DNA of 64,000 bases. Source: Eledone cirrhosa (taxonomy: Eukaryota). A model generated the notes under the pieces. That model saw only the letters and a list, made by a program, of their open reading frames with translations, was not told where the DNA came from and did not search any database. The stretch's first letter is position 1, and every line of letters starts with the position of its first letter. Below are positions 13,305 to 25,476 of the stretch, one piece after another. The DNA is taken from positions 10,788,001 to 10,852,000 of the forward strand of contig OZ024741.1 of the NCBI GenBank assembly GCA_964016885.1, written 5' to 3'. Position numbers and translations under genes: made by a program.

Positions 13305-16300
13305 TTCATTCTTAAGCCACGCAATGCTCACATTAAGGAACCACTCATGATAATAACAATTTAAAAAAACAACAAAAAGAAAACCCCGTGACCAAGAAAT
13401 ACCGGGATGGCGGCCGGCGGGGAATAGCCGTGTCTCTAGGGGAGAACGACCCCTCTAGTCTTGGTTGACACTCGTTCTAGAAGTGGTAACACGAAATGAT
13501 TACCCCTTGGCGGATAAGGATAAAACGCGACAAAATAAAGTAAATGTCTAATGATAAAATCTCATACCGGATCGGCCGTCACCCGGGTAAAAAAGGGCCG
13601 CGTCCCTCAGAGAGGAACCAGGCTGGGGTCGAAAAATCAGCTAATGGTTCAAACCTTCCCATCACTTCGGAGCTGGAGACCTCCCATAACCGGAATACTC
13701 CTACTGTTGGCCCTCCATGCTCACCACCAAGAAATCCAAAGAAAAAGAGAGAAAAATGGTCAAGGGAAGATAATAAAGAAGTCCTTGAGGCTTTCTACAC
13801 TGCCATGTACTACCCATCAAATACATCGAATACAGAACAGACATATATCAACTGGAAAAAGAAACATCCCGAAAACAGAGGCTATATTGACAGTAACAAA
13901 CTAGCCAATATACGAAGAAATATTGTAAGAAAAAAGTTACTAACTGATATAGAAATTGATCAGATCAAGCTATTAGCACAAAGTCAGCGAAGGGAAAATG
14001 AAACATGTGTCAGTGAAAACGAGGTAAACTGTAACACTTCGAACCCCAGGGTTGGGGCGGAATCACTGGCAACAGAACAAATTAAAGAAAGGATCGAAAA
14101 AGTGGAGGGAATGCATGCTCAGGATGAAACTCCAAATGAAAATAATGAGATCGTAAATGATAAAGAAATGAATGAGAATGAACTTGCCAACTTGAAGGAT
14201 GAAATTATGATCGAATGGATGAAAATGAAAGAATCTGACATGGGGCAACGAGACACCCTCCCTAAGATCCAGAACTCCAAACAGAACCAAAAGATAATAC
14301 ACAAGACTAACATAATTCTCAAAAACATTATCATCACAAACAAACTAAACATTACTGATTTAAATCATCTCTATTATGCATCGGCTAAAGTCACCACTCA
14401 CTTATGTGGAGTGAAGATGAAAAAACAAAGGAATTCCCACAAGAAATCTACTTGGCAAGAGAACATCAATCGCCAAATAAACCTTCTCCGATCTGACATA
14501 GAAATTTTAACAAACTATAAAGGAGGTGAACATGTTAAACAAACTAAACTTAGAAAATTGAAAACAAAGTACAGTATAAAATCAACATGTGACATAGACA
14601 TGCTGATAGAAATAATCAAGCAAAAAGTGTCGGCCAAAGCTGCTCGTATAAGGCGCTTTGAAAAACGATCTAGATTCTATAAGGACAATAATATGTTCAA
14701 AAACAACCAAAGAAACTTCTACAGAAAAATTGGTAAGTCAACAATAACTGCTAAATCAATACCACCCAAGGAGGAAGTGCAAGAATTCTGGGAAAAGATC
14801 TGGGCCGAAGAAAAAGTTCATAACATACATGCCCCATGGATAGACAGACAAATGAAAGATACAGCTCACCTTGAGGAACAAACATGGGAAAATATAACAG
14901 TTGAACAGTTGCGCTTGGCTCTAAGAAAAACCAGCAAATGGAAATCCCCAGGAAAAGACAAAATACAAAACTTTTGGATAAATGCCTTCACAGAGTCTCA
15001 TGAGCTGTTAGCCCAACTTTACAATAAAATAGTTAAGGAGCCAGAAAAGATACCATCATGGCTAGTTAACGGCATTACATTCCTGCTTCCGAAGAATGAT
15101 GAGACAAACAATCCCAAAAATTACAGACCGATAACTTGCTTGACCACAATGTATAAAATTTTAACATCAGTCCTAACTGAATACACATATGACCACCTGA
15201 TAACAAATGACCTATTTCCCATTGAGCAGAAAGGGTGTAAACGAGGCTCATATGGCTGTAAGGATCAGCTTCTGGTTAACAAAATGATACTGGAAGATTG
15301 TCATAATAGACACAAAAATCTATCGATTGCTTGGATAGATTATAAAAAAGCATTCGATAGTTTGCCACACAGTTGGATTGAAAAATGTTTAGAGATTTTC
15401 AAAATATCCCCCGTTGTCAGGAGGTTTTTGTCATTCAGTATGAAGACATGGAAAACGACACTCCTTTTGAATAGTGAAACAAAATCACTGGAAGCTGGAG
15501 AAGTTAATATTAATTGTGGAATTTTTCAGGGTGACTCTTTATCACCGCTTTTATTCTGAATCGCACTTATACCATTAAGTAAAATGCTCAATGAAACAAA
15601 ACATGGATATAAAGTCTATAACAAAACCATTAATCACCTGTTCTACATGGATGACCTGAAACTATTTGCAAAAAATGATGAACAATTGCAAGGGCTATTA
15701 TCCACTGTGAAGCAGTTCAGTGATGACATTAAAATGGAGTTTGGACTAGATAAATGCGCCAAAGCAACGTTCACCAGAGGAAAGCTGCTGAAGAGATCAG
15801 ACATTAATCTTGATCGGGGGAACGTGATAAGAGAACTTGATCAAGAAAAAACTTACAAATATCTAGGTGTTTGTGAAGGAGACGGAATCAAGCACTCGAC
15901 AATGAGGGAAAGGATAAGGAAGGAATGTTACCGCAGAGTAAGAGCAATCTTAAGAACGGAATTGAATGCAAGGAATAGGATCGATGCCATAAACACGCTT
16001 ACCATACCAGTAGTAACCTACAGTTACAATGTCATCAACTGGTCAAGCACAGAGATCCGTAGGCTCAATACAAAAATTCGAAAATTCTTAACCATGCACA
16101 GAATGCATCACCCGTAAGGCAGATATAGATAGAATATATCTCCCTAGGAAAGAAGGAGGACGTGGGTTAATCCAGTTAGACATTGCGTTGAAAACTGCAA
16201 CAATTCGATTATCTACATATCTAAGGAAATCACATGATTGGATGATCAAACTCGTTTTGAAACACGAAAGCATCAAAAGATCATATTCCATTACAAAAGA

Positions 16301-17339
16301 TGCACAAAGATACAGTAATGGACTACAAATTTCAGAAGTCCCATTTACTGCTGAAATGGAAAACACAGAAAAAGCAAAGCAGGTAAAAGTAACTGCAAAG
16401 AAAGAACTGCTACAGAAACTGGCTAAGAAATGGCAAGAAAAGCCTCTGTATAGAAAATACCCAGAGCGAGCTAACAATCCTGATGTTGACAAAACTTTAA
16501 CCCATCAGTGGTTGGCATCCTCTGGACTGAAATCGGAGACTGAAGGACTGATTATATCGGCACAAGATCAGTGTCTGCCAACAAAAAATTACCAAGCCAA
16601 CATAATAAAAAATGGGTGCAGCCCATTATGCCGTGTATGCAAAAAACAACCAGAGACCATTGACCATATAATTTCAATGTGCAGTCCTATAGCTCCAACC
16701 GAATACCTAAACAGGCATGACAGAGCTGTACAATACATACATTGGATAATGTGTAAGCATTTTGACCTGCCCCATCAAAAGAATTGGTGGGAGCATCAAC
16801 CACCTCCCATACTTGAAAAAGATCACATCTCAATCTTGTGGAACTTTAGCATCCAAACAGACCGAAAAATAGATGCAAATAGGACTGATATAATATTGAA
16901 GGACTTTCAAAAGAGGGTATGCCTGCTAATTGATATGTCTGTTCCAATAGACAAGAATGTATCTATAAAAACATTTGAAAAATTGAGCAAGTATAAGGAC
17001 CTGGAGATAGAAATTGGAAAAATGTGGAAATTGAGAACTAAAACAATACCAGTGGTTGTAGGCGCTCTGGGAATGATACCTAAGGGGTCTAATGATTACT
17101 TATCGCAAATACCAGGAAACCTGCGTATAGGAGAAATACAAAAGATAGTACTAATGGGAACTGCCCATATACTAAGGAAGATTCTGTCAATATAAGTACA
17201 TCACAAGTCTAAACACTAAAGATGCATGTGTGAATATGTATGTTCTTTCTTGAACATGGCGGACCTTGTTGTCTCTTGAGGTCACTGGTTGTGACTTGGT
17301 GATAACTCGTATGAACATAAAGCAAGATAAATGCAACTG
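13304..17339 (+). mobile_element. Apparently full-length Dong/R4-clade non-LTR retrotransposon in (TAA)n
   Basis: (TAA)n on both sides (13270-13303 and 17340 onward), which is the known Dong target; single RT-RLE ORF with short UTRs. Confidence 0.93.
13544..17195 (+). pseudogene. Disrupted RT-CCHC-RLE polyprotein (~1215 codons)
   Basis: KSPGKD, NYRPITCL, WIDYKKAFDS, GIFQGDSLSPLLF, YMDD, FGLDKC, YKYLG, CRVC..H..C and RHD motifs; in-frame TGA at 15557, frameshift near 16113, RLE PD motif reads TD. Confidence 0.93.
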
Positions 17340-17393
17340 TAATAATAATAATAATAAATAAATAAAAAGAAAATAAAAATAAAAAAAAAAAAG

Positions 17394-17466
<73 letters not shown>

Positions 17467-17661
17467 CACATATACACACACACACACACACTCACACACA
17501 TATACACACACACATACATTAATAACAATAATAATAATAATAATCATAACAACAATAATAATAACGACAACAACAATAATAATATACATATACATATATA
17601 TATATATACACACACGCACACACATAAGCATATCTACACACACACACACACACGATAGCAA

Positions 17662-18098
17662 CTAACAGCGCTGCGATCGAATGTGGCTTTTTAGCCCAGC
17701 CAATGATCTAAAATGTCTTGCACAGAGTCGGCAACCAAAACATTCACTGGGAATAGTCGGCTGTGGTTGGAGTTCGTGTACTTTTGCATGTCGCTTGAGC
17801 CCTCCTGCTGATTTACATTCTCTACCACATGTTTGGCAAGCATGATGAGTAGCATCTCCAACAGCAGCCTGGTAGTCAACCACTGGTCTTACTTTATGAC
17901 TGCGAAGATGACTTTCGAGTCCAGCTTTGCTTAGGCGGAGTCTCGCACATACGCTGTATGTCAGCACCATAGGAGGACCCTCGCCGTCTGGAAGTGCAAC
18001 AGCAATGCCCTTCCTCACATCCCGCTTTACTTTCTCGTATGCGATTCGAGATGCCTCAAAGGCAACTTTTCCCTCATATACAGTCTTTCTCCATTTAT
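17662..18098 (-). pseudogene. RTE (BovB-like) ORF C-terminus with three C2H2-type zinc fingers, 5'-truncated
   Basis: WRKTVYEG..FE..R..KR..RK then a degenerate finger, CQTC..GLKRHAKVH and CRLC..GLKSHIRS; starts at a (CATA)n tract. Confidence 0.8.
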
Positions 18099-18158
18099 TA
18101 CATGCATACATACATACATACATACATACATACATACATACATACATACATACATACA

Positions 18159-18189
<31 letters not shown>

Positions 18190-18569
18190 GAATATGAGAT
18201 TAGACAAAAACTGAGTGAGACAGAAAGAGATAATTTAGTTTAGTTAAGAGAAGAAGTAATGGTAATGTTTTGAAAGAGAAGAAGACGTGTTGGTGGTATT
18301 TCCCAGAGACAGCTGTCAAAGACAGGAATCAACATTTTGTCTTGCAACTCTCAAAACAATAGCGTCAAAAACGCCAAGTTTTCTTTCATTTTGTTAAAAC
18401 CATAACTCATTACATTTAACACGTAAACATATTACAAACTGATTTGTCGGCAACGAAACTGTATATGTACACATGTGTCTCTCTGTATGATTGGTTAGAT
18501 GTATATATGTATTATACACACACACACGCACACACACACACACACGCATATATATATATATATATATAT

Positions 18570-18803
18570 GGGCGAAACGTACGTAGGTGCTGTTTTAAAT
18601 AAACATGTTTTAACGGTCTATTCTCCGATTTTTTACTTTCCCACGTGCTTACGCTCTGCTAACTCTCTAGCCCACTAAATATTAACACTTCGAATATTTA
18701 ATACTGCCGGCACTAGTATCGAGCACCTTTGGCATACGCTACTTGGCAAATAACTATATGTATCACCTATCCCCCCTTTTTTTCCTCTTTCTCGATACGT
18801 AAA

Positions 18804-18806
<3 letters not shown>
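18570..18806 (+). mobile_element. 5'-truncated PLE-like 3' end starting in a hammerhead 3' half
   Basis: GGC-GAAA-CGTACG-TA-GGTG (palindromic stem III), AATAAA, GAGCAC at 18721; (TA)n on both sides. Confidence 0.7.
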
Positions 18807-18855
<49 letters not shown>

Positions 18856-18857
18856 GG

Positions 18858-18892
<35 letters not shown>

Positions 18893-18901
18893 TATCCCTG
18901 G

Positions 18902-19009
18902 CAGGGGCGAAGGGTGCGTGCATGCGTTATAGAATCTTGAGTTGATCAATTGCGTCGGTTGAAGCAAGCAGAATTTTGGCTGCTTACTAAATGGTAGACA
19001 CATAAAAAG

Positions 19010-19085
<76 letters not shown>

Positions 19086-19231
19086 ATAACACTTCATGCG
19101 ACTTTGACCGGGAGGGTCATTTAGAGGTAATTGGGTTGGGGGTTGGGGGGGAGGGTAAGGCTGCACAGCCCCACTTTCCGCCACCGCGATTGGATTGCAT
19201 GCCCTGCTTTCCAGGTTACTCTTCGCTACTG
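18902..19231. mobile_element. hAT-type MITE with 8-bp target-site duplication
   Basis: Termini CAGGGGCGAAG / CTTCGCTACTG (9/11 TIR match); ATCCCTGG at 18894-18901 and 19232-19239. Confidence 0.8.
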
Positions 19232-19237
19232 ATCCCT

Positions 19238-19319
<82 letters not shown>

Positions 19320-19467
19320 TGGTGTTAGGAAGGGCATCCAGCTGTAGAAATCAAGCCAGAATCAGTTCCCGTATGAGCAAGACAAGGTCAGCCGACAACA
19401 GGACAACCCGTCTAACCCATGCTAGCGTAGAAGAACGGACGTAAAACGGTGATGATGATGATGATGA
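19320..19467 (+). mobile_element. SINE 3' fragment with (GAT)n tail
   Basis: GGTGTTAGGAAGGGCATCCAGCTGTAGAAA...CCCATGCTAGC..GGACGTAAA-(GAT)n resembles a common cephalopod SINE tail (from recall). Confidence 0.65.
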
Positions 19468-19469
19468 TA

Positions 19470-19898
19470 TATAGTGAAATAAGATAACAAGGACGATTGG
19501 TTACTCCTTCATTGCGTTTATTGGTTGGTGACGGGCCTTTAACCACTGATCAGCTGAAGGTTCGATCTGTATCGATCTGACCCGACTCTGTAATCCGCGG
19601 CTCGTCAGACCCTTTGTAATGTTAATGGAAAAATGAGTACGTGCTTTTTTCCATTACCATTACAAGGGGTCTGACGAGCCGCGGATTACAGAGTCGGGTC
19701 AGATCGATACAGATCGAACCTTCAGCTGATCAGTGGTTAAAGGCCCGTCACCAACCAATAAACGCAATGAAGGAGTAACCAATCGTACTTGTTATTTTAT
19801 TTCACTATAATACACTGTGTCTGGCTCTACACCTCGACACTGAACACCGAGTGCTCAGCCGGGTAATCCTACAGTTACTCCAAGTTACACTGCCTGGA
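19470..19898 (+). mobile_element. Fold-back PLE-like element with degenerate hammerhead in both arms
   Basis: ~160-bp inverted arms around 19633-19644; GGT-CTGACGA-GCCGC...GTGGT-TAAA-GGCCC-GTC-ACC (19668-19752), AATAAA, GAGTGC at 19849. Confidence 0.75.
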
Positions 19899-20002
19899 TA
19901 TATATATATATGTGTGTAAAATGTAAACAGAAATAACAACACAATCAGTACAGTATATGGAATGGATATATTTGGTTAACGCTTGATATAGCAGGAAGAG
20001 GG

Positions 20003-20038
20003 TCTTAACGTTTCGGACGCTGGTCCTTCATCACAAGA
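20003..20038 (-). ncRNA. Minimal PLE-type hammerhead with a degenerate first core base
   Basis: Reverse complement reads TCTT-GTGATGA-AGGAC-cagc-GTCC-GAAACGTT-AAGA, within the unique island 19915-20275. Confidence 0.55.
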
Positions 20039-20389
20039 AAGGATGAGGAATAAGATATATTCAGGGGACGGGCGGGTTGGAATTGGAAAATATGTCTTTA
20101 TTGAAGGTACTAGGGTGGGAGTGAAAAATATATGGGCGAGAAGAAGAAGAAGGTGTAAGAAGATTGTAGTAGAGGAAAAGTGGCGGACAGTCGTGGAATA
20201 TTAAAATGCAAGAAACAAAGAAAATTTCAATTATACAAAAGATTTAGTGGTGGAAGTTGCGGTGTACTCCAGGTTGGTGTGTGTGTATGTGTGTCTGATT
20301 GTTCGTGTCTGTGTGTGGTGTGTATGTATATGTATTAACATATATATGCATATCTTTATGGACATATGTAAGACATATATATATATATA

Positions 20390-20596
20390 TAGGAAAAGGT
20401 TCAGGACCCCGACGGCAGAGCTCAAGCCGTTTCGACGGCTATTTCTAGACTGAAATCTAGTCCAGAAATAGCTGTCGAAACGGCTTGAGCTCTGCCGTCG
20501 TGTCCTGAACCTTTTCCTATTACCCACTCTACTACCCAAAGTATCGAGTACTCTGGTGCGTTATGGTCCACCTGGTTCCTTACCTCACTTCCTTCG

Positions 20597-20598
<2 letters not shown>
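20390..20598 (+). mobile_element. Fold-back PLE-like fragment with hammerhead 3' half
   Basis: ~60-bp inverted arms; GAAA-CGGC-ttgagctct-GCCG-TC (GUC at 20497-20499); GAGTAC at 20546; in (TA)n. Confidence 0.75.
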
Positions 20599-20660
<62 letters not shown>

Positions 20661-20662
<2 letters not shown>

Positions 20663-21117
20663 TTTTAGGTAATCCAGTCAGAGGTTGTGAGTACTCTGTA
20701 CTATGGATAATTTTAACGTACGGCGTTGTTTATCTCAACAAGAGGTTTCCTTAGTTAGGTAGCGAGTTTGCGAGAATTCCCATGCAGGTTATTCTTGGAG
20801 TAATAACAGTGAAAGAGTCAAGAATAACATGGTCGGCTGTACAAAAAGGGTTTTATTTACAGTATTAACAATTGTTTCATTGATCAGGGGAGTCTAAAGG
20901 TCGCTAATCACTCGAGGTTGCATCACTCGACCTTAAATACAGTGTGTCTCTAATCAAATCATCAGTATTCCGATGATTTGATCAGAGACACATGCTGTAT
21001 TTAAGGTCGAGTGACGCAACCTCGAGTGATTAGCGACCTTTAGACTCCCCTGATCAATGAAACAATTGTTAATACTGTAAAATATAGCCGACCATGTTAT
21101 TATTCACGCTTTCACTG

Positions 21118-21118
<1 letters not shown>
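20661..21118. mobile_element. Fold-back PLE-like element with hammerhead in both arms
   Basis: Arms 20807-20965 and 20970-21117; plus arm CAGTATT-CCGATGA-TTTGATCAG...CTGATCAAT-GAAA-CAATTG-TT-AATACTG (20963-21077); minus arm keeps CTGATGA; GAGTACTC at 20689. Confidence 0.8.
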
Positions 21119-21198
<80 letters not shown>

Positions 21199-21201
<3 letters not shown>

Positions 21202-21268
21202 GTTTCTACTTTAGGCACAAGGCCAGCAAATACCTAGTACATTACTGGTACTTTATTTTATCGACCCC
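21199..21268 (-). mobile_element. SINE 3' fragment, same family as 6286
   Basis: Reverse complement matches 6634-6703. Confidence 0.8.
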
Positions 21269-21302
21269 ATATGATAATACGCATGTTTTATTTGTACTTA
21301 AC

Positions 21303-21334
<32 letters not shown>

Positions 21335-21347
21335 TTATATATATATA

Positions 21348-21938
21348 TATTGTTATACTTTGGGAGGGTCATGTTGCCAATAAGAAACACACGCACCAGT
21401 TACTTTCACTTCAATTTATTATAAATTAAATTTAGGAATTTAGGAATTTATAAATTTCGGGTTGGTTGGTTCCACAACCAGACGATTGTTCATATATTGT
21501 CGAAGTTCTTTCGTCACACATTCTGTGACCTTTTCAGTGACTGGGGATTATTTTCTTTGTTTTTGTGCCTCTCCTTTGTTCTGTCCTACGCCATCTTGTT
21601 TTTGTGTGTGTTATGTGCTTAGTTTGCGCATGTGTTATATCCGGGTGTCAGTGTGTGTTTGTATTTGTTTATTTATTTGTTTATTTACATGTTACTGGTT
21701 GGTTGTTTGTTCTATGTGTGTGTGTGCTTCCATTTTGTCCTTAATTGTAAGTTGTGATGTTGCTGTTCCATTCATGTTTTCAACCGGAAATTTATAAATT
21801 TAATTTATAATAAATTGAAGTGAAAGCAACTGGTGCGTGTGTTTCTTATTGGCAACATGACCCTCCCAAAGTATAACAATATCGATTTCAACACACGTTT
21901 TCCGGTAATGAATCTTGCTAAACAAATTCAGAAACGAA
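21348..21938 (-). mobile_element. PLE-like element with hammerhead and inverted terminal segment
   Basis: 21348-21459 is inverted at 21781-21881; the reverse complement of 21499-21542 reads GTC-a-CTGAAAA-GGTCACA-gaatg-TGTGAC-GAAA-GAACTTC-GAC (core G8>A). Confidence 0.7.
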
Positions 21939-22010
21939 ATATATATATATATTTATATAAAATAAAATAAAATAATTAAGTCAAATGTTTAAAATTTCGC
22001 TTCGTTTATT

Positions 22011-22065
22011 ACTGCTACATATATTTCGGTGACAGCCGTCTTTGGCTGTGACCTCTTCAGGCAGT
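22011..22065 (-). ncRNA. Type-I hammerhead ribozyme, intact core
   Basis: Reverse complement reads ACTGC-CTGAAGA-GGTcACAGCCaaagacGGCTGTcACC-GAAA-TATATG-TA-GCAGT-AATAAA. Confidence 0.85.
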
Positions 22066-23377
22066 CCGAATTAGTGTGGTAGAGACGAGTACACATGTTG
22101 TTGAGGTGTATAATTTTGTCAATACTCTGATATGCCCAGTTCCTGGTTGGGTTGTTATTTCACTGAGGAACTGGAATCATATGAATTCAAACAAACGAAT
22201 TTTAGCGTTAAAGGGCCTCTTCTCCTCTCATTGGTCAGTTGTTAGAACATTCCTCAGTCAAAAGTCTATAGAAATTCGTTCTGAGGTAAGTCAATCTGTA
22301 GTTGTTGTTCTTGTTATTGTTAGGTACATCTGACCTCTATACTTATGTTGGTAGTGGTGTTACTGTTGGAGTCAGCTAAAAAAATGTGATATAGTGGTAG
22401 AAGGAATAAGATGGTAAAGGAACAAAATAAAATAAAATAAAATAATCGAACAAAATGTTATAAAGATTTGTAAGGTCAAACTTTCCATTGGTCAGTTTTG
22501 AGAGCATTCCTCAGTCCAAAGTCTATAGAAATTCTTTCTGGTGTGAGGCTCCCTGTAGTGTTTGTGTTTGCTATTGTTAAGTACATCAGACCTCTATCCT
22601 TATTTTGGTAGCGTTGTTGGTGTTGTGGTTAGCTTATGTCTTGCTGCTGCTGACAATTTAGAAGTATCTGTGTGTGTGTTTCGTCACCCCTCCTGCCACC
22701 ATCTCCCGTGGTAGTGGTGGGGGTGGGGGGGGTTCTGCCATGTATATGAAGGAATAGAAGGCAATAAAATTAAGTAAACAGAAAATAAATAATAGATAGA
22801 GAATAAATGAAAAATTAATGAAAAGGTAATGAAAAGTGAATATGGAAAATGAAAAATGAAAATGAAAAGTGAAAAATAAAATGAAGATTCGAATAAAATA
22901 AGATAAAATGTGTGTGTGTGTGCTATAACCAATCTCAAGGTCAGAAATATGTTGGATAGATTGGTAGGATGAACAAGATGGTAAAAGAATAAAACGAAAT
23001 AGGATAATGAAATAAAATGTGTGTGTGTTATAACCAATCTCAACTTAAATATAAATATAAGGTAATAAAGTGAAGAAAACAGAAAACAAATAACAAATGA
23101 ATAATGAGAAATCAAAATTGAAAAATCAAAAGTGAGGTAAATTAAAATGTGTGTGTGTTATAAAGATGTTGGCCAAATTATATAGGCTGTGTCAGAATCA
23201 ATCTCTAGGCTACCATGGTGTCTACTCAGCCTGGGTTGGTCCCTATGGCTTGAGGGGAGTTCCCAACCTATGGTGTTGTTACTGCCCATATAGCTTGAGG
23301 GAGGTTTGGCCGGGAGGTGTCTACATGTTCTGGAGAAGTCCCTATAGCTTGAGGGGAGTTCACATCTTATTGTGTTG

Positions 23378-23806
23378 CTACTGTCCATATATCTTGAGGA
23401 AGGTCCCGGCCCTGAGATGTCTGCATGTCCCGAAAGTGTCGGTTCTGAGGTTTATCAGGCCGCTTCCACCTCTTATTATCTCGAGGGTCTCGTTCAGACA
23501 TAGTTTGCATATGCAAGATCCCCCTTTATCGGGTGGTACTTTCCTGATTATGGACCAGGCCAGAGAGTACGAGGTCCTGTCCAGCTTAAGCTTCCAGATC
23601 AGGTCGGAGAGAGCCGTACTTTTCCTTTTGGCCTCCTTATTGAAGGAATGGAGATGGTTATACCAGCGGTCTTTAAAGCTCGTTGATGTGGCTCCTATGT
23701 AGAGGTGTTCGGAGTTGGGGGTTTTAACCCTACAACCGTATACTAGGTTCTTCTTAAGGCATTCATTACCAAGTGGGCATGATTCGGGATTTCTGCAGTA
23801 AGGGTA
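23378..23806 (-). pseudogene. PLE C-terminal GIY-YIG endonuclease remnant (possibly Nematis-type)
   Basis: CRNPESCPLGNECL..LVY..YIGAT..FKDRWYNH..TALSDLIW..CKLCLNE..INLR..CRH; the first ~10 aa of the listed ORF come from the inverted segment. Confidence 0.88.
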
Positions 23807-24114
23807 GAGGTCTGAGGTACTTAACAATAGCAAACACAAACACTACAGGGAGCCTCACCCCAGAAAGAATTTCTATAGACTTTGGACTGAGGAATGCTCT
23901 CAAAACTGACCAATGGTTTCTTAAAAGCAAAAGATTTTGCTTTCAATCCTCAGAATGAAACAATCCTGGTCTGTTTATTGAATTCGGATTTTAAAAACAA
24001 AAATGCAATCTATATGAAAGTGAGGCTGGAGAAGGAAGAAGGAAAGGAAAAATAAAATAAAACTACACATGCAAAAACACACACAAAAACACGCGCACAC
24101 ACACACAAAAGCAT

Positions 24115-24254
<140 letters not shown>

Positions 24255-24556
24255 ATAATAATAAAATTGAAGACTAAAATCCAAAGAGGGCTCGATAAGG
24301 AAAATATATATCAAATATATAAGAACCGTAGAATTTTAATAAATATATATATATATATATATATACATACACTCATACATACACACACACACATATACAC
24401 ACACATATTTGTGTATATAAATACACACATACACATACATATACACATATATACATACGCACATAAATATCAACACATACATATATACAACCACACACAT
24501 ATATACACACATACATACACATAAACATAAATATAAATACATATACATACACACAT

Positions 24557-24602
<46 letters not shown>

Positions 24603-25169
24603 ATATGTGTACAAGCATACACATACACAAACATAGCCATACACACATACATATACATACATACATGCACACAATCATACATATATACACACTACATACA
24701 TACACATACATAAATGCACTCCTCTACATATTCACACACGCTAATAAATATAAGAAAAAAAATATATATATAAAAAAAATTTTGACAGCGATACAAACGG
24801 CGGGTAGCTGAACAGACACACGTGGTAAGTAATACACACAAATGCACGTATACATACGTACGAAATTGTAAATACATACACACACTCTCACACATAAATA
24901 TATATATACAAATACATAAACACATACATACACATACACAAATACATGCACAAACACGCACACGCACACGTATACAATTATACACACACATATACACACA
25001 CATATGTATATGTATATATATACACATACATATATATATATATATACATAAATATAAAAATACACACACACATATATATATGTATACATACACACACACA
25101 TATACATACATAGCTATACAATTATACACATACAAATACGTACATATCATAAACACGCACAACCAAATA

Positions 25170-25283
<114 letters not shown>

Positions 25284-25409
25284 GTAGGAGGTGAGTTTTA
25301 TTGTAGTACAATAAAGCAATGCAGATATCGAATAAGAAGAACTCTACAATTTGTAGGACTGGAGTATACATAATATAAGATCAAAAGATGGTTAAAGGAG
25401 TTCCATGTA

Positions 25410-25476
25410 TTTTATTATGCGCATTTCAAAAACAAACATCATCATGCAATAATATTTGTGTTTTCATCAGATAAAA
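25410..25476 (-). ncRNA. Hammerhead ribozyme, mirror copy of 27587-27653
   Basis: Reverse complement of 27587-27653. Confidence 0.85.

Larger units (their letters stand above)
21960..23915 (-). mobile_element. 5'-truncated Penelope-like element: GIY-YIG, 3'UTR, hammerhead and inverted 5' segment
   Basis: GIY-YIG ORF; 23806-23916 is the reverse complement of 22485-22596; ribozyme plus AATAAA near the 3' end; (TA)n flank. Confidence 0.85.

Noticed and set aside
15557-15559. In-frame TGA at a position usually Cys (SPLLFC) as selenocysteine
   Set aside because: One substitution from TGC/TGT explains it; the copy also has a frameshift and I saw no SECIS element.
17662-18098. Host C2H2 zinc-finger gene
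   Set aside because: No TGEKP linkers, preceded by an RTE C-terminal motif, and truncated at a (CATA)n tract.
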